Shown here: piece after piece, positions 27,941 through 37,300 of the stretch
Numbering within the stretch: position 1 is the first letter of the stretch
Layout of the letters: the number at the start of each line of letters is the position of its first letter
DNA from: a virus
Taxonomy: Duplodnaviria > Caudoviricetes
Virus record (IMG/VR): IMGVR_UViG_3300047669_002124
Coordinates: 1 to 42,320 of that record
Reading direction: 5' to 3' (one strand)
Length of the DNA stretch: 42,320 bases
Notes under the pieces: model-generated
Seen by the model: only the letters and a program-made list of their open reading frames with translations
The model's database searches: none
What the model was told of the DNA's origin: nothing
Program-made: the position numbers and the translations under genes

Positions 27941-28721
27941 TGCATTTATAAACAAGCACAAAGAGTACATTATCAACGAATACGTTGAGAATAAAAAAAG
28001 TACTTACGAAATAGCCCAAGAGCTAAAAACTTACCCAAACAAAATCCGAAGAACTTTGAATACTCTTGGCGTATCTCTAAGAGACAAGAGTTCTGCTCAA
28101 ACAGTCGCTATTAAAAGCGGAAGGCATGAGCATCCCACCAGAGGGAAAAAGAGAACAGAAGCAGAAAAAGTAGCCATTAGTAACGGTATGGCTACCTATT
28201 GGGAGAACATGGAAGAAGACGAAAGAAAACGTCGTTCGGATCTTTCAAAGAAACAGTGGGCAGAAATGTCAGAAGAAGATAAGGCAAACTTGAGAAAGTT
28301 AGCCGCCGAAGCCGTAAGAAAAGCCAGTAAAGAAGGATCAAAAATTGAAAAATTTGTCTACGAAGGCTTGACTAAGCTTGGTTATGATGTTATCTTTCAT
28401 AAACGCGGATTAATAGCAAACCAAAATTTAGAGGTTGACCTATTTGTTCCGTCTATTAACACGGCAATCGAAATTGATGGGCCAGCCCATTTTCTCCCTA
28501 TCTGGGGAGAGGAAAGTCTAAACCGTCATATCAAGTCAGATGCCCAAAAGGCAGGCTTACTAATGAATAGAGGCTTTGTTATTTTGCGAGTTAAAAATGT
28601 TATCCGGAATCTTTCTCAGAAAAACATGAGAGAAACCTTAGCTGCTATCTTGCAGGAGCTAAACAAAATTAAGAAAAAGTTTCCACCCGTTACAAAACGC
28701 CTTATAGAAATTGAAACATAA
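27933..28721 (+). CDS. Free-standing homing-endonuclease-like protein (HTH + NUMOD3-like + DUF559/Vsr-type nuclease)
   Basis: KSTYEIAQEL HTH, RGKKRTEAEKVAIS and EVDLFVP...AIEIDGPAH..D...GFVILRV. Confidence 0.72.
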   Translation: MNSAFINKHKEYIINEYVENKKSTYEIAQELKTYPNKIRRTLNTLGVSLRDKSSAQTVAIKSGRHEHPTRGKKRTEAEKVAISNGMATYWENMEEDERKRRSDLSKKQWAEMSEEDKANLRKLAAEAVRKASKEGSKIEKFVYEGLTKLGYDVIFHKRGLIANQNLEVDLFVPSINTAIEIDGPAHFLPIWGEESLNRHIKSDAQKAGLLMNRGFVILRVKNVIRNLSQKNMRETLAAILQELNKIKKKFPPVTKRLIEIET

Positions 28722-28723
28722 AT

Positions 28724-29677
28724 ATGACTATGGTTTATAACAAGTTGAGTATAAAAAAGCTTAAAGAAATTTTGAATGAGTATAACTGCGCTGTACCGTC
28801 CGGTGCAAAAAAAGCAGACCTGATTGAATTAGTGGAGGCTATTATGGCTAAAGATGAAGAATTTGTGAATATGCGTGTTTCTAATGAAGACGACATTTTT
28901 GAAACTACCGAAGAAGAGACTCAAGAAGAGACTCAAGAGGAGGTTTCAGAAGAGGCTACAACCCTACGGGAGAATATTGGGCAAGCAGAAAATAGTCCAT
29001 CAATGTTTAGCGCCGAATGGAATGAGTATGTAATGGCTCATTTTCACGCCAATGAACTTATTGATGGCAATCCTGTATGCGCTGGCTTACGTAGGGTGGC
29101 TGAGTTTTTGTTGGGAGATATTATTGAGTCTGGCCCAGAACAGGTTTTTCCTGCTACGGACGGCTTGTCTCCCGACAGAGCAACTGTAGTATTTAAGGTT
29201 GTTTTTGACTGGATGAATACCGGAAATTACAGAACCTTTAAAGAAGTTGCGGATGTGTGGCATGGAAATACCGATGATCTATTTTGCGCACATCCTGTTG
29301 CTACAGCATCTACTAGAGCAGAAGGTAGAGCCTTAAGAAAAGCTTTAAAGATTAGATGTCTTGCGGCAGAAGAGCTTGCTAAGAAGAATATTGTTGAGAT
29401 TGTTCAACAGTCTGTTAAGCAGGCTCCTACGTCTGGAGAATACCAAGCCGACAAAAACATTAGTAGTCAACAGATACAATTTATTGATAATAAATGTAGT
29501 GTGTTAGACATTGATGCCTTTGCTTTTATTAATATGGGAAGTAGTAGTTTTTCCGGTATTAGTGAAGTAACTAAAGATAGCGCTAAGAAGATGATAAAAG
29601 TTCTTAATAACTATCAAAACAATAGTAACGAGATTTCACAAAATATTTTAGGTTATAAAGTTAATTGGAGAGAATGA
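28724..29677 (+). CDS. Putative Rad52/Sak-like ssDNA annealing protein with N-terminal HeH/LEM-like domain
   Basis: YNKLSIKKLKEIL...AKKADLIELV at the N-terminus, an acidic linker, then ATASTRAEGRALRKAL. Confidence 0.6.
   Translation: MTMVYNKLSIKKLKEILNEYNCAVPSGAKKADLIELVEAIMAKDEEFVNMRVSNEDDIFETTEEETQEETQEEVSEEATTLRENIGQAENSPSMFSAEWNEYVMAHFHANELIDGNPVCAGLRRVAEFLLGDIIESGPEQVFPATDGLSPDRATVVFKVVFDWMNTGNYRTFKEVADVWHGNTDDLFCAHPVATASTRAEGRALRKALKIRCLAAEELAKKNIVEIVQQSVKQAPTSGEYQADKNISSQQIQFIDNKCSVLDIDAFAFINMGSSSFSGISEVTKDSAKKMIKVLNNYQNNSNEISQNILGYKVNWRE
28911..28940 (+). repeat. 12-bp in-frame tandem repeat (AAGAAGAGACTC x2 plus partial)
   Basis: Seen directly in the sequence. Encodes EETQEETQEE in the acidic linker. 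Confidence 0.8.
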
Positions 29678-30006
29678 TGAAAGTAAATTATACCAGTGGT
29701 AAGATTAGCGCAGAGATTGAAGCAGACACTCAAATTGACCTGTTTCAAAAACTTGCTAACTTCCAAGAAATTTTTGCAGAGAACAAATGCGCTAAATGCG
29801 GCAGTGACAACATTAGATTTCAAGTTAGGAATGTAGAAGAAAACCTATACTATGAAGCTAAGTGTTCTGGCTGCGGAGCAAAACTGGCATTCGGCGTTAT
29901 GAAGAAGGGTGGAAGACTTTTCCCTAAACGTAAGGATAAAGACGGTGGCTGGCTTCCTGACGGTGGATGGGTTAAATGGAACCCAGACACTCAAAAAGAA
30001 GAGTAA
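29674..30006 (+). CDS. Zinc-ribbon protein
   Basis: CAKC...CSGC. GGAG RBS, with ATG at 29674 or 29677. Confidence 0.72.
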   Translation: MMKVNYTSGKISAEIEADTQIDLFQKLANFQEIFAENKCAKCGSDNIRFQVRNVEENLYYEAKCSGCGAKLAFGVMKKGGRLFPKRKDKDGGWLPDGGWVKWNPDTQKEE

Positions 30007-30041
30007 AAAAGAAAACCCCGCCAGTAATGACGGGGTTTTTT
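30005..30041. terminator. Bidirectional intrinsic terminator between convergent gene blocks
   Basis: AAAACCCCG-cCA-GTAA-TGa-CGGGGTTTT hairpin with an A-tract before and a T-tract after. Confidence 0.9.
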
Positions 30042-30062
30042 GTTGCTCTGTGGTTACAGGTA

Positions 30063-30773
30063 TTAGAGGTATTCTAGCTCTACATACAAACCGTATTGAG
30101 TCTTGCTGCCTATACTATCGGGGGAAGCTGACACTCCTAAGTACCAGTCATGCTGCGTGTATTGACCTGTGTTTGCAGATCCGTCTCCAGCATAGTAACC
30201 GCTTGGCCCCGGAGATTGTGCTAAAGGCACATAAATACCACTACCTCCAACTGTGTTGGTTCCGTCTGGCAGTCTAGTGGTGGGGTTTGCTGCCCCTATT
30301 ACAGTCCCTTGAGCGTCTGTTCCGGGGTGTGTTGCACTTCCAAAAAAGTAAGAGTCTCCAGATCCTTCTACTGTATAAGAAACGGATGGATGAAGTAATT
30401 CAAAAACTCTCGTAATTACTCCACTAGCAGGATGATCTTTGTTGGTTCTATCAAAGATTCTCATTTTAGTGTTTTGCGTTCTAACTGCCGTAGCGTTAGT
30501 AAATCTAACATTAAGTGTTGCTTTTTCATTTGGCACCCATTTTAACCCTGTAGCGGGTACAATGCCAGCGGCAAAAGCTTTAGTGTCAGTAGAATATTTT
30601 ACATTATTTACAGCACCACCATTAGTAGTTCCGTTACCATTAGTAATAAATGTGGTATCTTGGAAACTATTTAGTTGTACTGATTGGCCAAAAGAACCAC
30701 CAAAAAAACCTAGTCCAGAACCAGACAGGTTGTTGATAGCAGTTGTTCCGGCATAAAAACTTATTGATGCCAT
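30063..30773 (-). CDS. Gly/Thr/Ser-rich protein, probable virion structural component
   Basis: 236 aa with beta-rich, low-charge composition and a strong AAGGAG RBS (30781-30786). Function is inferred. Confidence 0.65.
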   Translation of the reverse strand: MASISFYAGTTAINNLSGSGLGFFGGSFGQSVQLNSFQDTTFITNGNGTTNGGAVNNVKYSTDTKAFAAGIVPATGLKWVPNEKATLNVRFTNATAVRTQNTKMRIFDRTNKDHPASGVITRVFELLHPSVSYTVEGSGDSYFFGSATHPGTDAQGTVIGAANPTTRLPDGTNTVGGSGIYVPLAQSPGPSGYYAGDGSANTGQYTQHDWYLGVSASPDSIGSKTQYGLYVELEYL

Positions 30774-30800
30774 GTTGAATCTCCTTAGAGCTTATTTCTA

Positions 30801-30814
30801 ATATATTATACACC
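30801..30814 (-). promoter_or_regulatory. Candidate -10-only (late-type) promoter GGTGTATAATATAT
   Basis: Perfect TATAAT at 30810-30805 on the minus strand in a 42-nt gap. No -35 hexamer at 17 nt. Confidence 0.5.
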
Positions 30815-30815
30815 A

Positions 30816-31385
30816 TTACTCAAAAAAGCCTTTTGTTTTCTTAATTTGCTGCTGTCCTTTTTTATAAGGAAGCATTCTATTTAATATAGCTTGCCTTTCA
30901 GTGCATCCACAATCTGCATTAAATAGTCCAAACAGAAATTTCGTAGTCTTTTTAAGTCCTGTTGTTTTTGTTACTTTTGCTATAGTATCTCCTACACCTC
31001 TTGATATCTTGGGTATTTCAGGATCTCCCATGAAAAACCCGCTAGAATCAATTTCTTCCTCTTCTATAATCCCATCAGGAACATTTAAATGTTCAAGTGA
31101 TATGTTTTGCATTGGTCCTTCTCCTCTTTCCCACAAGTCAAAGTATCTCTTATCAAGCCTACAAAGCTCCTGCATAGCTTTACTCTTCATGCATTTATGC
31201 TGTTTGCAAAAGATAGTGTCGTTATTATTTTCTATCTGGCATTGACAAGGAGTTTGTTTTGGGGGATAGTTAACCTTTTCCTTTTTCTTTTCCTTTAATC
31301 CAAATACACTTGGTTTACTACTTTTCCCATATCTTGTTTCTAGATAATTTACGTCTTCTTCTTGTGTCTCAAAAAATCCCTTCAT
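30816..31385 (-). CDS. Cys-motif hypothetical protein coupled to the giant gene
   Basis: CQC..CKQHKC..C and RGVGDT...DCGCTERQ..LN motifs. ATGA overlap at 31382-31385. Confidence 0.72.
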   Translation of the reverse strand: MKGFFETQEEDVNYLETRYGKSSKPSVFGLKEKKKEKVNYPPKQTPCQCQIENNNDTIFCKQHKCMKSKAMQELCRLDKRYFDLWERGEGPMQNISLEHLNVPDGIIEEEEIDSSGFFMGDPEIPKISRGVGDTIAKVTKTTGLKKTTKFLFGLFNADCGCTERQAILNRMLPYKKGQQQIKKTKGFFE

Positions 31386-34300
31386 GATCTTTTCCTTTCT
31401 CCTCCTCCGCCTATTACAGGCTTGGGAACCCCATAGCTGTCAAGGGCTTCTGTAATGTTTACGTGTATTAATGAATCTCCATCGATCTTATAGTTCTTTT
31501 GTAGCCAGTCTAATATCGGCCCATTGAGCGAGCCTGCGTGTGGCCAACACTCATCCTTACACGCCCAGTAATTTGTCGGACCTCTTAAGTTGCAACATAT
31601 CTGAGGGAACCTCAGCCAAAATTCTAAGTTTACTGGCTTGTCGCTATTATTGTCCCTGCTTTTATTTTCTGGCAACTTTTGACCTATTGTTATATCAAAA
31701 GCTCCTCCATGTCTTGACCAATAAGCCCTACCTCCATTATAGAAGTTCACATACTTTCCAGTGGGCATATCTTTTGTGGGAGCAATATACTTTGAATAAT
31801 CCTCTTTGTCTTTTTGGCTCATGTGCGGATTGGCCAAAACCTCATTTGCATATATTAAACCTTTCCATTTTCTCTTAGGGGGTGCTATGCCCGTATCAGT
31901 AACAGAAAGCCCCAAGTCGTATGTAGTTTTTCCAAACTCGTTTTGATAAAGGGAATCACTCACCTTTGCGTCGTCTAGATTCTTTAGTAGAAAATCTCTA
32001 CTCTTATATTTAGATAAAGGATCTCCAAAATAATCAGTATCTTTACTTATCTTATAAGTTTCCATGTATCTAATGGATGTAATTAAATCACCTCTTCTTC
32101 TTGAAGCTGTGTTAAAGATTCCATCATAGAAAACTTTTCCTTCAGCGGCTTCGCACTCTTGCGGAGTAAGTATCATTTTCTCTTCTGTTAATCCGCCTTT
32201 TCCAGTTTCTAAAAATTCTCCATACTTGCTGATGTTTTCACCCTCTTTGGCATTTTCTAATTTATCAGTGTCTAGCTTGTAACATAGGAACATTGGAATT
32301 ACTTCATGTTCTGCTTCTAGACATTCTTTTTCTTGGTGTCTTTCTAATAAACCTTTAGTATATACATCGACTTCACTAGATATATGAGGCGTAAATATAC
32401 TACCAGATGGACAGTCTTTTCTTTTTGTCTGCGTTACCGTTGGGAATGTCTTAACAAAATCTTCTTTTCCTGTGAATAATTTACAGTGTCCTAAGTCATT
32501 AACATTTCCGCCTCTACATTCAAATGCAACTTTTTCAAAATGACAAACATCACTCAATTCACACGCTTCAGTTAACTGAGTATAAGAATGAACCCCAGCA
32601 GGACCAGTCACAGTAGAAGGAGTAGCGCCAATTTCAAATCTATTCCCAAGGAAATCATAGTATCCCTGAGTTGAGAATATAGTCGATCCACTGATTAATT
32701 GTTCAAGCTGTAATTGTTTTTCATTATCGCCATAAAATGCTAATCCACCAACTTCTAAATCACCTCTGAGAAAATGGCTTTCAAATCTATTTAAATTCAT
32801 GCAAATCGGCAAATGGCTTGGCTCTGCTGCAACCGTGTCATCAAGCGTTGTTTCATTGCCCGAATCATACGCTACGCGATGTAGATAATAACCATCTGTC
32901 AATGAATCACATTCGTCTTTTGGTAATTCTTCATAGTCACTTCTAGGTTGAGACGGGTCAAATAGGTGGGTCTTATTCGCTTGGCTTCTTTGGCCTCTCT
33001 TGCCTTCTGTTTCAAGAACGGACATATTACTTGACGCTTTCCAGACTTTTGCTTCATCATTAACAGTAATATGTTCTTCGTCTGCTAACGCATAATAATC
33101 TAATTTGTTATCTAATATTTTTTCTCTAAAAGATTCTACGTAAGATAAAAGATTACGGTCTTGTGGACCCCCAAGATAAATAGTATCTAGATAAGTTTTA
33201 AAGTCTTTTTTTACTAAAACGTGATTTCCATCAATAGGCGTTAGCGGGCATTTTATGAAATCGTCTTCATCTTCATCAAATGAGATATCACCAATACATT
33301 CATAACACTCTCCTTGTGAGTCCCCGTGTTGATAAGCCACGCAGGCTTGTTCTGTATAGAAACCTTTGAGTTGACAAGCTGGCGGACATCCTGATTCAAA
33401 ATCTTTTTCTCTATCTTGTAAGTCATTAGGTTTCAAATTATCAGGGTCTTCATATTTTCCTTGTACTATTGTGTCATTTCTTATTCCAATAACCCATTTT
33501 CCATTGAAGACTGTCTCACATATGTACTTATCGGCGTCGGCGTCTTCAAAAGCCTGAATCCATTTTCCTGCTATTCCATCTGTAAACTCGTTAACATCTG
33601 CGCACTTATTGACGTCTTTTTGTTTACCACTACCGTCGGCCTTGTAACAGTATCCCATTCTGGAACCCTTGCATGTAGCCTTATAAGCTATGGTTCCACT
33701 AATCATTATTTTTTCATGAGGAGGGTTAGGATTTTTGCTATCTTCATGAGGCCCTGCTGTTGGGTCAATCTCTACTCCTATCACAGTATTCAAAAATTGA
33801 GGCACCCAAATATGGTTATTAGCAATGCATTCGGTTATTGTTTTGTAATTTCTATTATCTAAACAGACTCCAATAGACGGACTGTAAATATTTTCATAAC
33901 TGTTAATTGCAGTATCTTTCTTCTTGCCAAAGAAACTAGAATCAACAATAGAATGAACTGGAGTAAAAGGTGAGTAATCTCGCCATAATTTTCCTGTTCT
34001 TCCCGGAGAAATAATGTCGTCTTGTCGATCTGAACCCGAAAATCTTAGGCTTTCTAAGTTATCAGGACTCATTGTTTTGCCTTTTGGCCACATCTGACTT
34101 TTTGCGGTTCCCGACATTGTTTGAGTAGCTACAGGATAAGGATTATTTCCATATGGATATTTAAGCTTTTTATTAGCAACCATTTGCGATCCTGATAAAT
34201 CGCTGGCTAGTCCAGTAGACTTAGCTGATTTAAGTGGATATTGAGCAATTCTATTGAATTCTTGTTCATTGACAATAAGCTCAATACTGTTTGCATTGAC

Positions 34301-37300
34301 GACTTTTCCATCTTCATCGATTGGTTTTAAAGTTTCATTAAGATCTTCATCAACCGCTACGTATCTTATGTCATTATATTTTAGATGTCTATCTTTTCTA
34401 CTATCTTTATTTATTAATGGAGTGATGTCGTTGACTTTTACGAATATAAACTCTCCAGCTCTGTTTCCTCTAGTATAAGTAGTATAACCGTTAGCGTCCT
34501 CTTTTGGGAGTTTAGGAGTTCTTATACTTTCGGCTAAAACAGTGCCTCTTAAGAATGGGTTTGCGGCGTGTTTATTTCTCGTGTAGTCATCTCTAGAGCT
34601 AGACTCAGCTTCTGTTGGGCCAGCCATTCCTATGCTCACGCTTGTTCCAGCTGCGTAAGAGCATGTACCGCCTTGAGATTTTGCTACAAGAGTTCCTTCT
34701 CCAGTCAAATGGTTGACATCAATAATATCATGAACGGTTAGTATTTCTGATCTCTTGTCAGGCCCCATTTCAAAACCTACAGTTTGACAAATATGGTTTA
34801 TAGCTCCTCCTGTTGAACAAGCTACAGAACCATTCCATAATGCCGTGTGGTTCTCATCGAAGAATTGCCTGTCTGAGCCTTCGTATGTACAACATCCAGC
34901 CGTGACGCATGGACCTTTTGGTCCACACGTAGCATAAGAAAGACACTTTCCGGCAAACATGAATTCTCTAGCCTGCTGTGGGACTCCTTCCGCTATGGAC
35001 TTCCCAAAATGCGGCCATGTGTCACATCCAGAATTAGTTTGGCATGGAGGATTGCCTAACACGCCGTAGTCAATGCGGAGAGTTTTCAATTGACCGTCTG
35101 TCTCGGCTATATGAAAGTTGCAGTTTGTTATTTCTGCCCAAAGCTTCATACTATCGCTTTGATAAGTTGAAGGAGAAGGACCAAGGCCTCCATCGCTTAG
35201 CTCGCCATTGGTTTCTGGTAATATTGAAGATATTGCATTTCCACATCCTAATACAAGCCTTATGAAGTGACCATCTTTTGGTGTAGAAGGTTCTCTTGCG
35301 TCTCTGTATCCACCGCTGTTTTTCACGCCTGCGTATTCATATTGAGGCATGTCACAACCATCACAATCAGCATTGGTAAAGACGAGATACTTTGCTGAAG
35401 AATTCATATGCGGTGGAGGCTTACAGTCAGAACCAAAAGCAGTACGATTGGCATTTCTAGGAAAGACTTTATCTTCGCAGTTAGTAGGATCTGAGTCTTC
35501 CAGACTGCACTGTTTAGTTCCTACTTCGTTCATTAATGTCCATTCGGATTTCCAGACTTCGCCATCGTATTCCATAGGAACATCTAACAGGTTTCCGTCC
35601 CCGCTTTTTACTGTTAATCCGGGACATGTGCTTGTTATTGGTTGGTGGGCTACGGCTTGGTTGTAACAAACAGCATTGGGTGCGGTGTCTAGCGTATCCC
35701 CGAACGATCCGCAGCAAGACCCATTTGGATTATGGTGGTAATATCCATCTTTGTCTTCTCTTGCTAGAGTTGGATTATGCCAGACAGAATCTATCATTTG
35801 CTCTTTACAAGACTCCTGTCCAAATACATCTTTTCCTGCGTACATTTTCTCACATTCGCATGAAGCAGGCAGATGATTTTCAAAGCATCCACAAGGATCA
35901 AATTCCCAGTGGTATGTAGTTTCAGAACCTAGACAAGTAATATATAGAAATGCTGGTGACAGTGGCGACGCAGGAGGTGCGGTTGGTGGCGTCGGATCCA
36001 TACATCCAAGCGCCGAGGAACAGCTATTTTCCTGCGTCCACATGCCGCTGCCGTCGCCGGCTGGCGTCCATTTAAACTCAGCTTGTTGATTGGAACAAAT
36101 CGAAGCGTCAATAGTTTCAATACAATTGCCTTTTAATTCTCCAAACCACTTTACTCCCGTGTTGCCAGCTTGGCAGAGTCCATGCTTATACTCAAACATA
36201 GTACAGCTTGGATATTTATCCATGTTTGTTATACATTCGCAACTAGGGTTCGCTTCTCCACAGCTGTCCTTACCGCTGGAACAGCAATTATTGCCATTTT
36301 TATCTAAAGGGGTGGTACTAGTAAAACGAGTGTTATTAACCCAAACGCCATTACTGTCGTAATAACCGGATCTTGCATCAACCTTATCTCTTAATGGAAC
36401 ACCATTTTCATTAGTAAATACATCCGCGCATCTCCTACAGTTTGTTGTTCCATTAATGGTTATTCTTCTTCTTAAGAATCTATCGCACTGATCTTTTGAC
36501 TGTAGGGCTGTAAATGTACCTCCATTATCTGCACATGATTGTGGTCTATGAGGGAAGATTGTTCCTACAACACCCGGTGTCACGGTTCCTTCACATCTTC
36601 CAAATGAACTCGGGTCTTCTTCACATTCTTCAATTTCACTCCATTGTAAACCAGAGTCACGCTCAATTGGTTGTCCTAGATCGCATGGATGATATGCATC
36701 TTCGCAACAATAACCTTCTGCTTTAGAATAATTCCACCAGTCTTCTCCAATCCATATATTCTTGTCGGATTCACATTTTTGTTTTGCAACTGCCGCATCT
36801 TGCTTCCATTCATAATCGGGGTCAGCCATGCAATCAGTTTGATTTTTATCTACTTGGATTGTTTTTCCTGTCTCAACACAGAAAAAGTCTCTTACACCAT
36901 AAAGAATATCAAAATCGTCTATACCTTTTGACCCCTTGCTTGTGTTATCAATACAAACATTTGGTTCATAACAAGGATTAATAGTACAGTTCGCAATATT
37001 TAAATACTCGCTTGAAACGGTTGATAAAGTCGCTGTTAGATTTTCAGGTATGTAATGATCATTACAAACTGGACAAACGCCTTTTTGTTCTATAGAGACA
37101 TAATAATCGTTCGCTCGATATTTCCATTTTTGAGCAATTCCAGAAAATCCGGGTCTATAGTGCAGAACACACTCGCTATCCATCGCACAAGCTGCTTCTT
37201 CTTCAGGACTTATTAAACCTTGATATGTCTCCCATTTTCCTGTAAATGGACAGGTATTCCAAACACTAACCGCTCGGGATCCGACTTCTGGTCCTTGATT

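Noticed and set aside
29725-29750. QIDLF as a beta-clamp-binding motif in the zinc-ribbon protein
   Set aside because: It is a five-residue match that appears to begin an amphipathic helix, and no clamp gene is in the window. Probably chance.
1-30006. Bacterial chromosome origin for the window
   Set aside because: The divergent RecA, T4-like dNMP kinase, clustering of nrdB/dut/phoH/dnaB/dnaG/dnaE with many small unknown ORFs, and the absence of ordinary housekeeping operons fit a large phage.
29909-30277. 122-aa + strand ORF
   Set aside because: It crosses the terminator and overlaps two better-supported genes.
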